Shown: piece by piece, positions 10,419 through 20,719 of the stretch
How positions within the stretch are numbered: the stretch's first letter is position 1
Layout of the letters: each line of letters starts with the position of its first letter
Assembly: GCA_937995865.1 (NCBI GenBank)
Contig: CALKJA010000011.1
Span: forward strand, 4,635-68,634
Direction: 5' to 3'
DNA: 64,000 nucleotides
Source: an uncultured Rhodobacteraceae bacterium
Lineage (GTDB): Bacteria > Pseudomonadota > Alphaproteobacteria > Rhodobacterales > Rhodobacteraceae
The notes under the pieces: model-generated
Databases searched by the model: none
The model's input: only the letters and a program-made list of their open reading frames with translations
What the model was told of the DNA's origin: nothing
Made by a program: the position numbers and the translations under genes

Positions 10419-11831
10419 ATGTATTTCGATGAAATGATGGGCGAGGGTGACGCCCCGCGCGGCCCATACCAAGATTTAGCCAATTGGATCGAAGCGGCCG
10501 ATGCAGCTGATTTGCGGGTCAAACAACGTGAAGCCGAAGAGCTTTTTCGGCTCACTGGGATCACCTTTAATGTCTATGGGCGCGACGAAGCCGAAGAACG
10601 GCTGATCCCCTTTGATATCTTGCCCCGCATCATTTCGGGCAATGAATGGCGCAAGCTGACCCGTGGGATCGAACAGCGGGTACGTGCGATCAACATGTTC
10701 CTGCATGACATTTACCACCGTCAGGAGATCATCAAAGCAGGCCGGTTGCCGGCAGAAATGATTACCCAGAATGAGGCATTCTTGCCTCAGATGTGCGGTG
10801 TCAACGTTCCGGGTGGCGTCTATACCCATATCGTTGGCATTGATCTGGTACGCACAGGACCGGATCAGTTTTATGTGCTTGAGGATAATGCACGCACGCC
10901 AAGCGGTGTGAGCTATATGCTTGAGAACCGCGAAACGATGCTGCACATGTTCCCTGAGCTGTTCAGCCAGAACCGCGTGCAGCCAGTTGAGACTTACCCC
11001 ACGGATCTGCGCCGCTCACTGGGAGCTTGCGCGCCAAGCAAGGCCCAAGGCGCCCCCACCGTCGCGGTGCTGACACCGGGGATCTACAATTCAGCCTATT
11101 TTGAGCACGCCTTCTTGGCGGATCAAATGGGGGTTGAGCTGGTTGAGGGCCATGACCTGCGGATCATTGATGGCCGCGTGGCGATGCGCACAACCCAAGG
11201 CTATCAGCCGATCGATGTGTTATACCGCCGGGTGGATGACGAATATCTTGATCCTTTGAATTTCAACCCCGACAGCCAATTGGGTGTGCCGGGTATCTTT
11301 GATGTCTATCGGTCAGGCGGGATCACAATCGCCAATGCGCCGGGCACGGGCATCGCGGATGACAAAGCGATCTATAGCTATATGCCAGAGATTGTTGAGT
11401 TCTATACGGGTGAGCGGCCTTTACTGGAAAACGTTCCGACGTGGCGTTGCTCTGACCCGGATTCTCTGGCGCATGTGCTTGATAATCTTGCCGATTTGGT
11501 AGTCAAAGAAGTGCATGGATCCGGTGGCTACGGGATGCTGATCGGGCCGACCTCGTCGAAAAAGGAAATCGCAACCTTCCGCAAAAAGCTGGAAGCGCGG
11601 CCCAACAACTATATCGCACAGCCTACGCTTTCGCTGTCCACGGTGCCGATCTTTACCAAAAAGGGGCTCGCGCCACGCCACGTTGACCTTAGGCCGTTTT
11701 GTCTGGTGTCGCCCGAGGGCATCAAAATCACGCCGGGTGGCTTAACGCGGGTGGCGTTGAAGAAGGGGTCTTTGGTTGTGAACTCCTCGCAGGGCGGAGG
11801 CACCAAGGATACTTGGGTGCTGGAGGACTGA
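10419..11831 (+). CDS. Circularly permuted type 2 ATP-grasp protein
   Basis: GITFNVY, VLEDNARTPSGVSY, LTPGIYNSAYFEH, YRRVDD, GSGGYGM, GGLTRVAL, VVNSSQGGGTKDTW. Confidence 0.93.
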   Translation: MYFDEMMGEGDAPRGPYQDLANWIEAADAADLRVKQREAEELFRLTGITFNVYGRDEAEERLIPFDILPRIISGNEWRKLTRGIEQRVRAINMFLHDIYHRQEIIKAGRLPAEMITQNEAFLPQMCGVNVPGGVYTHIVGIDLVRTGPDQFYVLEDNARTPSGVSYMLENRETMLHMFPELFSQNRVQPVETYPTDLRRSLGACAPSKAQGAPTVAVLTPGIYNSAYFEHAFLADQMGVELVEGHDLRIIDGRVAMRTTQGYQPIDVLYRRVDDEYLDPLNFNPDSQLGVPGIFDVYRSGGITIANAPGTGIADDKAIYSYMPEIVEFYTGERPLLENVPTWRCSDPDSLAHVLDNLADLVVKEVHGSGGYGMLIGPTSSKKEIATFRKKLEARPNNYIAQPTLSLSTVPIFTKKGLAPRHVDLRPFCLVSPEGIKITPGGLTRVALKKGSLVVNSSQGGGTKDTWVLED

Positions 11832-11835
11832 ACGG

Positions 11836-12777
11836 ATGCTGGGACGTACGGCCAATGGCCTTTTCTGGATGTATCGCAGCCTTGAACGGGCCGAAAACAC
11901 CTCGCGATTGATTGAAACCGGGCAGCGTCTTGCGCTGACGCGCATGGGCAGCAGCGATGATGAGTGGCGTTCAGTGCTGCAATCCGCTGGTGTTTGCGAG
12001 GGGTATGACGCCGCGCATGACGCAGTGACCAAAGAGGACGCGATTGATTGGATGCTGCGCGCTCCGGCCAATGCGTCATCGGTCAAAACCTCGTTTGAGG
12101 CGGCGCGCGCAAATGCACGGACTGTGCGCACTGCTTTGACGGAAGACGCATGGGAAGCCGTGAACGGCGCCTATATGGAAATCACCGGCTTGCTGAAACG
12201 CAAGGTGACAGAACGTGATCTACCCAAGGTCTTGGGTGTGATCCGAAGGCGCGCTGCGTTGGTGCGGGGCATGACCCATGGGACAATGCTGCGCGACGAT
12301 ATCTATGATTTCGCGCGCCTCGGGACGTTTCTGGAGCGCGCGGATAACACAGCTCGCATCTTGGATGTGAAATATTACGTCTTGTTGCCATCGGCCTATT
12401 CAGTGGGGTCGAGCATTGACAATGTGCAGTGGGAAACGATCCTGCAATCGCTCAGCGCCCGCGGTGGGTATCGTGCGGCGTATGGTAATTCGGTCAGCCC
12501 GCGCGACGTGGCGCATTTCTTGATGCTGGACCGCCGTATGCCGCGCAGCCTTGCGTTCTGTGTGTCAAAGCTGCGTGACAATCTTGAGTATCTGGCCGAT
12601 GATTACGGGAGCCGTAGGCCAAGCCACGATCTGGCTGAGGAGCTTCACCGTTCCTGCGCGGTTCAGGATATTGACGTTATATTTAATGATGGCCTGCATG
12701 AGTATTTGCGTGGCTTTATTGGTAAGTTGGGCGGCCTAGGCCGACAAATTGAGATGGATTACAGGTTTATAGAATGA
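11836..12777 (+). CDS. Alpha-E domain protein (DUF403)
   Basis: MLGRTANGLFWMYRSLERAENTSR and second ER motif LGTFLERADNTARILDVKY. Confidence 0.92.
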   Translation: MLGRTANGLFWMYRSLERAENTSRLIETGQRLALTRMGSSDDEWRSVLQSAGVCEGYDAAHDAVTKEDAIDWMLRAPANASSVKTSFEAARANARTVRTALTEDAWEAVNGAYMEITGLLKRKVTERDLPKVLGVIRRRAALVRGMTHGTMLRDDIYDFARLGTFLERADNTARILDVKYYVLLPSAYSVGSSIDNVQWETILQSLSARGGYRAAYGNSVSPRDVAHFLMLDRRMPRSLAFCVSKLRDNLEYLADDYGSRRPSHDLAEELHRSCAVQDIDVIFNDGLHEYLRGFIGKLGGLGRQIEMDYRFIE

Positions 12778-13580
12778 CCAGACTGAGCATACGCCACGTC
12801 ACCACCTATTCGTTTGGGGGAGGCGCGGCGCACGGGCTTCAGCAGGTGCGCAAATGGCCAAAATCTGGCAACGGGCAGCTTGTCCATAGCTGGGATACGG
12901 CGATTGAAGGCGGAACAGTTGAGCTGGAATATGACGATCACCACAATAATCGTGTTCAGCTTATCAGCTTTGAGCGCGGATCAGAGGCGCTGACGATCAC
13001 CTCCCAAGGGGATGTGGAAGTTGAGCAAACCAATGGCGTCGTTGGCCCGCACCGGGCGTCCTCCCCTGTCTGGCTTTACAAGCGGCCGACCGCGCAGACA
13101 AAACCGGGCACCGCCTTGCGCGCCTTGGCCCGCGAAGCCAAGGGAGAGACCGAGCTTGCACGGCTACACGCGCTCATGGCCATAGTCGCAGGGCATGTAA
13201 CCTATGAAATTGGCGCGTCCGAACCTTTCTGGACAGCTGAGGATGCATTGGCCGCAGGTAAGGGCGTGTGTCAGGATCACGCGCATATCTTTATCGCTTG
13301 TGCGCGCGAAATGGGTCTGCCTGCGCGCTATATCTCAGGGTATCTGATGCTTGATTCCGGTGTAAACCAAGACGCCATGCATGCGTGGGCTGAGGTGTGT
13401 TTGCCTGATCTTGGATGGGTCGGATTTGATGTGTCCAATGGTATCTCACCCGATCAACGATATGTGCGTGTCGCGACGGGGCTGGACTATTCCGATGCGG
13501 CGCCCGTAAAGGGAATACGAACCGGCAGTGCCTCCGAGGCGTTGTCAGTGCAAATTGAAGTGGCAGAGCAAACACAGTGA
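12774..13580 (+). CDS. Transglutaminase-like protein
   Basis: IRHVTTYSF N-domain; triad motifs GVCQDHAH, HAWAEV, WVGFD; GLDYSDAAPVKG. Confidence 0.92.
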   Translation: MTRLSIRHVTTYSFGGGAAHGLQQVRKWPKSGNGQLVHSWDTAIEGGTVELEYDDHHNNRVQLISFERGSEALTITSQGDVEVEQTNGVVGPHRASSPVWLYKRPTAQTKPGTALRALAREAKGETELARLHALMAIVAGHVTYEIGASEPFWTAEDALAAGKGVCQDHAHIFIACAREMGLPARYISGYLMLDSGVNQDAMHAWAEVCLPDLGWVGFDVSNGISPDQRYVRVATGLDYSDAAPVKGIRTGSASEALSVQIEVAEQTQ

Positions 13581-14311
13581 CATATTGCGTTGGTATGATC
13601 CTGGACGAGGGTCTTGTTTTTATGTCGGACACCCGCACCAATGCGGGGCTCGATAACATCTCAACTTTCAAGAAGCTGACCACCTGGCAAGAACCGGGAG
13701 AGCGCGTCATCACATTGCTCACCGCAGGCAATCTTGCGACCACTCAGGCCGTGATCTCTTTGTTGGATGAACGCACCAAAGCGTATGATGAACGCTCCCC
13801 CTCATTGCTGGGCGTGCCGTCCATGTTTCAAGCCGCGCGGCTTGTGGGCGAAACCTTACGTGAGGTGATCTCGTGGCAAGGCGGCACAGGGCAAAACGCC
13901 GATAGCTTTGGCGCGACGATCATCCTTGGTGGTCAAATCGCAGGTGGGCCGCCCAGCCTGTTTCTGATCTACCCCGAAGGCAATTTCATGGAAGCCGGGG
14001 CGGATGCGCCGTTCTTTCAAATCGGGGAGATCAAATATGGCCGCCCGATCCTTGTGCGTGCCTATGACCCCGAAATGGGGTTTGAAGATGCGCTTCAATT
14101 GCTTTTGGTGAGCTTTGATTCAACGGTCAAAGCGAACCTTACGGTGGGCGCGCCGTTTGATTATCATGTCTATCAAGAAGGCAGCCTGAAAATGGGCCGC
14201 ACCGGGCGCTTTAAGGCCGATGACGCCTATGTTCAGACGATCTCCGAAGGGTGGGGTGATGCTCTTAAGGATGCGCTGGACAGCCTGCCCAGCTTCACCT
14301 TTGACGACTAA
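13577..14311 (+). CDS. Proteasome-type Ntn protease (Anbu)
   Basis: (M)TYCVG with N-terminal Thr, SDTRTNAGLDNIS, AGNLATTQ, LIYPEGNF, QIGEIKYGRPIL. Confidence 0.92.
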   Translation: MTYCVGMILDEGLVFMSDTRTNAGLDNISTFKKLTTWQEPGERVITLLTAGNLATTQAVISLLDERTKAYDERSPSLLGVPSMFQAARLVGETLREVISWQGGTGQNADSFGATIILGGQIAGGPPSLFLIYPEGNFMEAGADAPFFQIGEIKYGRPILVRAYDPEMGFEDALQLLLVSFDSTVKANLTVGAPFDYHVYQEGSLKMGRTGRFKADDAYVQTISEGWGDALKDALDSLPSFTFDD

Positions 14312-14313
14312 AG

Positions 14314-15081
14314 CTAAAGCGATGCAGACATCCCGCCATCCACAAAAAGTGTAGTCCCATTCACGTAAGATGAAGCGTCCGACGACAAAAAGATCGCCGC
14401 TCCCACAAGCTCTTCGGTCTTTCCCCAACGGCCTGCGGGTGTACGTTTTCCGATCCATGCTGTGAAGTCCGGGTCATCTACCAGGGCCTGATTTAACGGC
14501 GTCGCAAAATACCCCGGTGCCAGTCCGTTACACTGCAACCCGTGCTGCGCCCAGTCTGCCGCCATCCCTTTGGTCAGGTTCGCAACAGCGCCTTTTGTAG
14601 CCGTATAGGGCGCAATCGATGTTCGGGCGAGCGCGGTTTGGATGGAGCAGATATTTACGATCTTACCCGCACCGCGCCCAATCATGTGCCGCGCCACCGC
14701 CTGACCCACATGAAAAACGCTGGCGATATTGGTCTGAAGCAAGGCTTCAAACCGGTCAGCAGGGAAATCCTCCAAAGGCGCGCGGTGCTGCATGCCCGCG
14801 TTGTTCACCAAAATGTCGATCGGGCCTGTTTTGGCTTCAAACTCATCCACAGCCACGCGCACCGCATCGTGATCCGTCACATCAAATGCAAGCACATGCA
14901 CGCGGGCGCCCAGTGCGCGAAGCGCGTCTTGTGCGCGGTCCAGCTTGTCCGTATCGCGCCCATTCAGCACGATTTCTGCACCGGCTGCTGCCATGCCCTT
15001 GGCCAAGGCAAATCCAATCCCTTGGGACGATCCGGTGATCAATGCGCGTTTCCCGCTCAGGTCAAAAAGGCTCAGGCTCAT
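14314..15081 (-). CDS. SDR oxidoreductase, gluconate 5-dehydrogenase-like
   Basis: TGSSQGIG, NNAGMQHR, YTATKG, APGYFAT, KRTPAGRWG; AAGGAG RBS before 15081. Confidence 0.8.
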   Translation of the reverse strand: MSLSLFDLSGKRALITGSSQGIGFALAKGMAAAGAEIVLNGRDTDKLDRAQDALRALGARVHVLAFDVTDHDAVRVAVDEFEAKTGPIDILVNNAGMQHRAPLEDFPADRFEALLQTNIASVFHVGQAVARHMIGRGAGKIVNICSIQTALARTSIAPYTATKGAVANLTKGMAADWAQHGLQCNGLAPGYFATPLNQALVDDPDFTAWIGKRTPAGRWGKTEELVGAAIFLSSDASSYVNGTTLFVDGGMSASL

Positions 15082-15175
15082 GGGTGTCTCCTTGGTTGCG
15101 CAACACAGCATAAACCAAACTGGCGCGACACCAAGACATCATGACGCGCGCGGCACCTGGCGGCATATACGGCCC

Positions 15176-16861
15176 ATGACCAACGATGCGCTGATCACCC
15201 GCTTCATTCAGATCTGTGGCAAGCGCCACGTTCTTACCGATCCCCGAGCCAAAGAGCGTTTTTGCAAGGGCTTTCGCTCAGGCGCAGGCAAGGCATTGGC
15301 TGTGCTGCGCCCCGGCACGCTGCTAGAGCAGTGGCAGGTGCTGCAAGCCTGCGTTGAGGCAGATAAAATTGTGATCATGCAAGCCGCCAATACCGGGCTG
15401 ACAGAAGGGTCTGCCCCCAACGGCTCATACGATCGGGACGTGGTGATTGTATCGACCAATCGCATGGATGCCATCCAGCTTATTGATGGGGGCACACAGG
15501 TGGTAAGTCTGCCGGGTGCCACACTTTTTGCTCTGGAAAAGTTGCTGGATCCGTTGGGCCGCCAGCCGCATTCCGTTATTGGATCAAGCTGCATAGGCGC
15601 ATCGATTATTGGCGGTGTGTGCAACAATTCTGGCGGGTCTTTGGTAGAGCGCGGGCCGTCTTATACAGAGCTGTCCGTCTTTGCTCAAATCAAGGCGGAC
15701 GGACGGTTGGAATTGGTCAATCACCTTGGCATCCATCTTGGCGACACACCCGAAGAGATCCTGATCAGATTGGAAAATGGCGATTACGCCCCGGCTGATG
15801 TGGATGTGACCAACAAAAAGGCCTCGGACACCAGCTATGCCGAACGGGTGCGCGATGTCACAGCTGACAGCCCTGCGCGCTGGAACGCGGATAAACGCCG
15901 CCTGCACGAGGCGTCAGGTTGCGCTGGAAAGCTTGCTGTTTTTGCGGTTCGGCTGGATACCTATCCCAAGAATGCCCGCGAGCAGGTGTTCTACATCGGC
16001 ACCAATGATACCCATGTACTCAGCGCCTTGCGGCGTGACATTCTCCAAGACTTCAAGCACCTGCCGGTGAGCGGCGAATATATGCACCGCGAGTGCTATG
16101 ACGTGTCCGAAAAGTACGGCAAAGACACGCTGGTGATGATTGATAAGCTGGGTACTGAACGGTTGCCCACGTTCTTCGCGCTCAAAGGCGCGATTGATGC
16201 GCGGCTGAACAAGCTTCCGTTTTTGCCACACAACCTGACGGATCATGCCATGCAGCTTTTGTCGCGGATCTGGCCAAAAGTGCTGCCAAAACGCATGACT
16301 GAGTTCCGTCAGTCCTATGAACACCACTTGATCCTTAAGATGCGGGACGGGGGCATTGAAGAAGCGCAAACCTATCTTGATACCCACTTTGCAGCGAACG
16401 AAGGCAGCTACTTTGCCTGCACGCCGCGCGAGGGCAAGATTGCGGGCCTGCACCGCTTTGCCGCTGCCGGGGCCGCGATCCGATATCAAAATGTACATAC
16501 CAGCCAGGTCGAAGACATCCTCGCTTTGGATATCGCGCTGCGCCGCAATGATGAGGCATGGTTCGAAGTCTTGCCGGAACCACTGGATGCACAGATCAGC
16601 CACAAGCTCTATTACGGCCATTTCTTTTGCCACGTCCTGCATCAGGATTACATCGTGCGCAAAGGCGCGGATGCCAAAAAGCTCAAAGAGCAAATGCTAA
16701 AGATCCTCGACACGCGCGGCGCTGAATATCCCGCCGAACATAACGTCGGACACCTCTACAAAGCCAAACAGGATCTTGCGAACTTCTACCGGGAGATTGA
16801 CCCAACAAACTCCCTGAATCCCGGCCTTGGCAAGATGAGCAAGGCCAAAAATTACCGCTAA
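15176..16861 (+). CDS. dld: Quinone-dependent FAD D-lactate dehydrogenase
   Basis: MQAANTGLTEGS, PHSVIGSSCIGAS, NNSGG, EASGCAGK, YYGHFFCHVLHQDY, YPAEHNVGHLY, NPGLGK. Start re-assigned to MTND. Confidence 0.93.
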   Translation: MTNDALITRFIQICGKRHVLTDPRAKERFCKGFRSGAGKALAVLRPGTLLEQWQVLQACVEADKIVIMQAANTGLTEGSAPNGSYDRDVVIVSTNRMDAIQLIDGGTQVVSLPGATLFALEKLLDPLGRQPHSVIGSSCIGASIIGGVCNNSGGSLVERGPSYTELSVFAQIKADGRLELVNHLGIHLGDTPEEILIRLENGDYAPADVDVTNKKASDTSYAERVRDVTADSPARWNADKRRLHEASGCAGKLAVFAVRLDTYPKNAREQVFYIGTNDTHVLSALRRDILQDFKHLPVSGEYMHRECYDVSEKYGKDTLVMIDKLGTERLPTFFALKGAIDARLNKLPFLPHNLTDHAMQLLSRIWPKVLPKRMTEFRQSYEHHLILKMRDGGIEEAQTYLDTHFAANEGSYFACTPREGKIAGLHRFAAAGAAIRYQNVHTSQVEDILALDIALRRNDEAWFEVLPEPLDAQISHKLYYGHFFCHVLHQDYIVRKGADAKKLKEQMLKILDTRGAEYPAEHNVGHLYKAKQDLANFYREIDPTNSLNPGLGKMSKAKNYR

Positions 16862-16870
16862 ACCGCCCTG

Positions 16871-16921
16871 TCTTTGTGGCTAAAATATCCCCGCCGGAGG
16901 CTCGAATTTTCTTAAAATTCG
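16871..16921. terminator. Intergenic element ending in inverted repeat CGAATTTT-CTT-AAAATTCG (terminator or REP-like element)
   Basis: 8-bp inverted repeat at 16903-16921 between convergent dld and iolB. Confidence 0.45.
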
Positions 16922-16943
16922 TCCCTCTACCAAGATCAGCGCC

Positions 16944-17756
16944 TCACGTGGCGCTGTCGCGCTGAAACACCCAATCGTGGTCCGGATCGTTGCGGAACCG
17001 CCAGTTGCGGCGGGGGCCTGCCATCACGTTGAGGTAATACAAGTCATGCCCATAAAGCGCGGCGCAAGGATGGTAGCCTTCGGGCACCAGCACCACATCA
17101 CCGTCTGAGATCGCCATTGTCTCATCCAAGGATCGGTCATCGTTATAGACGCGCTGGATGCCAAACCCGGTGGGCGGGTTGATCCGGTGGTAATAGGTCT
17201 CTTCGAGATAGGTTTCTTCGGGAAACGCGTCTGTGTCGTGTTTGTGGGAGGGGTAGGAAGACCAATTGCCATTGGGTGTCCAGACTTCAGTCACCAAAAG
17301 GCTATCGGCCCAGTCCCGTTCTTCCATGCAGATCGCGTTAACATAGCGGGTGTTGGCCCCGGTGCCGCGCGCTTCCATCGGCGCACCATCTGGTGCTACA
17401 ATGCGAACCCCATGCCTGCCATGGCCCGGCGCCGCGCAAATCGCAAGCTCCAGATCGGTTTCGGCCTCAACCGCCCAGTTCGATGCGTTTGGCACATAAA
17501 GCGCCCAGGCGTGTTCGCGGCTGTGGATGTCCATCCGTGCACCAAGGCTGCCCTGATCGGCACCAGCGGCCCACGCCCGCATTTTGCCAGTCACGATGAC
17601 AAGCAAATGCTCTGTATCCCCGGTGTCGCGGGCGAGTGTTTCGCCCGGCGACAATGTTATCAACTCAAACCCCACAAAAGACCAGTTGGGGCACCGATCA
17701 CGCACGGTTGTGGGCGCGATCGCCCCAAAACCCGGTTTGAGAAGAAGCCCGCTCAT
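16944..17756 (-). CDS. iolB: 5-deoxy-glucuronate isomerase, copy 1
   Basis: GNWSSYPSHKHD, YLEETYYHR, QRVY, VPEGYHP, YYLNVMAG. Confidence 0.92.
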   Translation of the reverse strand: MSGLLLKPGFGAIAPTTVRDRCPNWSFVGFELITLSPGETLARDTGDTEHLLVIVTGKMRAWAAGADQGSLGARMDIHSREHAWALYVPNASNWAVEAETDLELAICAAPGHGRHGVRIVAPDGAPMEARGTGANTRYVNAICMEERDWADSLLVTEVWTPNGNWSSYPSHKHDTDAFPEETYLEETYYHRINPPTGFGIQRVYNDDRSLDETMAISDGDVVLVPEGYHPCAALYGHDLYYLNVMAGPRRNWRFRNDPDHDWVFQRDSAT

Positions 17757-18529
17757 AGCTCAGCGAACTCTTTTTCAAGCTGCCCAATATCGGCCCCGCC
17801 TGCCATCAGGCGGCGAATGTCCTGACCTTCCAACTCGGCTTTGGTGCCTTCGCCGATCACCTGACCCAGCGCAAGGAAGGTAAAGCGGTCCGCCACCAGC
17901 TTGGAATGGATCTCATTATGGGTGATGAAGATGATCCCGATATCGCCGCGCGCCCGCACGCGTTTGATCGTCTTGAGCACTTCCATCTGCTGCTTTTGCC
18001 CCAAGGCTGAGGTCGGCTCATCAAGGATCAGCACCCGCGCCCCGAAATGGATTGCGCGCGCAATGGCCAGCGTCTGACGCTGCCCTCCCGACATTGTGCC
18101 TACGGCTTGGGTTGGGTCCGAAAAATCGATCCCGATCTTGAGCATTTCCTCATGGGCGATCTTATCCATTTCGTCCATTTTCATGGACCCAAAGGCATTG
18201 GTGATCTCGCGTCCCATGAAGAAGTTGCGCGTCACAGACATCAGCTGATTAAGGGCAAGATCCTGATACACCGTGCCGATCCCGGCATTAGAGGCATCGC
18301 GCGGCGACCGGAAATTCGCCGGTTGCCCTTCGATATAGATCTGGCCGCTGGTTGGGGCGTGCACCCCTGCCAGCGTTTTGATCAACGTGGATTTGCCCGC
18401 ACCATTATCGCCCAAAAGCGCGTGCACTTCGCCGGGATACACCTCAAGGTTCACCCCGTTCAACGCGATGAAGGGACCGAACTTCTTAACGATGTTCTCA
18501 ACTCTCATGTACGGTTCGGCCATGATCAT
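17753..18529 (-). CDS. Sugar (inositol) ABC transporter ATP-binding protein
   Basis: GDNGAGKST, VYQDLA, MSGGQRQ, ILDEPTSALG. Confidence 0.92.
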   Translation of the reverse strand: MIMAEPYMRVENIVKKFGPFIALNGVNLEVYPGEVHALLGDNGAGKSTLIKTLAGVHAPTSGQIYIEGQPANFRSPRDASNAGIGTVYQDLALNQLMSVTRNFFMGREITNAFGSMKMDEMDKIAHEEMLKIGIDFSDPTQAVGTMSGGQRQTLAIARAIHFGARVLILDEPTSALGQKQQMEVLKTIKRVRARGDIGIIFITHNEIHSKLVADRFTFLALGQVIGEGTKAELEGQDIRRLMAGGADIGQLEKEFAEL

Positions 18530-19692
18530 ATCCCTCCCGTGATACGTTTGCGGATGCGTTCATTGGCAAAGACCGCTGCAAGCAGGATCGCACCAAGGAA
18601 GACACGGAACCACGCGCCGTCAATTTCGGGGATGAAAAACACCGCGTTGGACACAAGCCCAACCGTGATCGCTCCGAAAACAACGCCCAGCATGGATCCA
18701 AAGCCCCCGGTCATCAGGGTGCCACCAACAACGGCGATGGCGATCGCAAAGAGCTCCATCAGGTTGCCTTTGGCGGCGTCGGAAGTGTTGGTGTCAAACA
18801 CCTGGCAAGCTGCAAACATCGTGGCGCAGAACGCAGTGAACATGAACAGGCCGATCTTGACCGAGTTCACTGGCACGCCGTTGGCACGCGCCGCTTCTTT
18901 GTTATCACCCGTGGCGTAGATCCAGTTGCCCATACGGGTCTTGGACAGCACGAACCACGCGACAACAGCGATGAGGATGAACCAAAAGAAGCGCGCGTCG
19001 AATCCTTCGACCCATTGCTCGCCGCGGCGGTTCAAATTGCCGCCCAGTAGGAACCATTGTTCGGTACGATCAATGCCCATGCCCTCGACCCATTTCCCAA
19101 GCGCGAACCACGCATTGTAGAACCAGCCAAAGACCTCGCCCCCGATGATATTGGCAAACCAGCTTTCTTCTTTGAAATCTGGCAAGCCGGAGATTTGCGT
19201 GGATTGGTTGATCAGGCGGTAAGACACCTCAGTCACGCCGCGCAGGAAGAACAGGAAAGCAAGCGTCACAATAAAGGAACTGAGCCCCGATTTCACGACC
19301 ACCCAGCCAATGAACCAGCCCAGTGCGAGTGTCATCACCAGCGTCACTGCAAAAGCCGTAAAGGGTGTTGCCGCGCCCAACCCAAAAGGCAGGCCCCATT
19401 TCAGCATCATCGCCATCGCCATGCCTGCAAAACCAATCATCGACCCAATCGAAAGGTCAAATTCACCTGCGATCATCAGCATGGCTGCACCTAAGGCAAT
19501 AATACCAAATTGCGAGATGATCTTGATGTTGTTCTTAAGGCCGAGCGCGTTAAAGGCTTTGCCATTCGAGGCGAACAGAAGCGCCACAATGATGACGATC
19601 ATAACGATAAAGGCGCCAATCTCGGGCCTGCGGATCGTTGATTGAAGCCAGCTTTCTCGCTGTAGCCGGTCGGATTCACTTCTGTCTGACAT
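18526..19692 (-). CDS. Sugar ABC transporter permease (CUT2)
   Basis: GEFDLSIGS, SSFIVTL, GNWIYATGDNKEAARANGV, VVGGTLMTGGFG. Confidence 0.92.
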   Translation of the reverse strand: MSDRSESDRLQRESWLQSTIRRPEIGAFIVMIVIIVALLFASNGKAFNALGLKNNIKIISQFGIIALGAAMLMIAGEFDLSIGSMIGFAGMAMAMMLKWGLPFGLGAATPFTAFAVTLVMTLALGWFIGWVVVKSGLSSFIVTLAFLFFLRGVTEVSYRLINQSTQISGLPDFKEESWFANIIGGEVFGWFYNAWFALGKWVEGMGIDRTEQWFLLGGNLNRRGEQWVEGFDARFFWFILIAVVAWFVLSKTRMGNWIYATGDNKEAARANGVPVNSVKIGLFMFTAFCATMFAACQVFDTNTSDAAKGNLMELFAIAIAVVGGTLMTGGFGSMLGVVFGAITVGLVSNAVFFIPEIDGAWFRVFLGAILLAAVFANERIRKRITGGI

Positions 19693-19733
19693 GCTCTCCC
19701 TCGCAATTGTCTAAGAGTTGTTGGGATCGTTTC

Positions 19734-19766
19734 AAAAGAAAACAGACGGAGCAAGGCCCCGTCTGT
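19734..19766 (-). terminator. Intrinsic terminator or mRNA-stabilising hairpin after the SBP gene
   Basis: Minus strand ACAGACGGGGC-CTT-GCTCCGTCTGT (11-bp stem, one G-U) followed by TTTCTTTT. Confidence 0.65.
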
Positions 19767-19795
19767 CTTGGTTTCATAGCATACGCATCAGCGGC

Positions 19796-20719
19796 TTAGC
19801 GGTTTACGCCAGCTTGCTCAGCAACAGAGGCCGCGTTGGACGCGTCCACAAAGCCGGGGCCCGATGGGATGTTCGCGCCAGGCAGCATGCCTGCGTAGTT
19901 GTTGTAGAGGTGCAGAACAACAACCGGCATGTAGCCTTGCAGATACTGCTGTTGGTCGATCGTGAATGCCACGTCGCCGCTTTCGATCAGGTTGATCACC
20001 TCTGGTGAGAGGTCAAAGCAGGACAGGTGCACATCAGCGCCAACTTCAGCGATCGCTGCGTGGGCTGCAACGCACACGTGCGGGCCAGCTGCCAGAACAC
20101 CGTCGATGGATTCGTCTGACTCAAGCGCCGCGGCAGTCCGTGTTTGGATTTGTGCCACGTCGTTGGAGACGTCGATCATGTTAAGCTCTTGGCCCAGACC
20201 CTGCATGTAGCCTTCGCAACGGCTGACAAGCGCCGTGTTGAATGCTTCTTGGTTCAAGCAAAGACCGTTGGACACACCTTCAGCAGCTGCGCGCGTACCA
20301 GCGGCAACGCCCGCGTCCAGCTCAGGCTGACCAACGTGCATCAGAGCACCAAGCTCAGCAGAAGATTCCAGACCGGAGTTCATGGTGATAACCGGGATGC
20401 CATCTGCCACAGCGGATTTGATCGCTGGGCCAAGCGCTGCCGCATCAGGCAGCGAAACGATGATGCCCGCTGGCTCAGAGGCCGCCGCAGCTTCGATCAA
20501 GGCTGCCATTGCGGCCATGTCACCGGAAACGTCAAAGTTATACTCGAGTGTCGCGCCCACATCTTCAGCAGCGTCACGGCCGCCTTTTTCCACGACAGGC
20601 CAGAACGGATCTGTACCTTGCGTGTGCGTGATCATGACATAGCGCTCTTCGTGACCAGCAGCATAAAGCGCGGTCGCGCTTACAGCGAGCGCGGCGCTCG
20701 CCATCAAAATCTTCTTCAT
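19796..20719 (-). CDS. Sugar (inositol) ABC transporter substrate-binding protein
   Basis: Signal peptide, DPFWPVVEKG, GIPVITMNSG, HVGQPE, FTIDQQQYLQGY; GGGAGG RBS; iol context. Confidence 0.9.
   Translation of the reverse strand: MKKILMASAALAVSATALYAAGHEERYVMITHTQGTDPFWPVVEKGGRDAAEDVGATLEYNFDVSGDMAAMAALIEAAAASEPAGIIVSLPDAAALGPAIKSAVADGIPVITMNSGLESSAELGALMHVGQPELDAGVAAGTRAAAEGVSNGLCLNQEAFNTALVSRCEGYMQGLGQELNMIDVSNDVAQIQTRTAAALESDESIDGVLAAGPHVCVAAHAAIAEVGADVHLSCFDLSPEVINLIESGDVAFTIDQQQYLQGYMPVVVLHLYNNYAGMLPGANIPSGPGFVDASNAASVAEQAGVNR

Noticed and set aside
14945-15175. N-terminal extensions in the ORF track (dld; also xylB, iolG, iolC, ocd, znuB, FGE)
   Set aside because: Longest-ORF artefacts running into neighbouring genes or promoters; family motifs and RBS positions support downstream starts.
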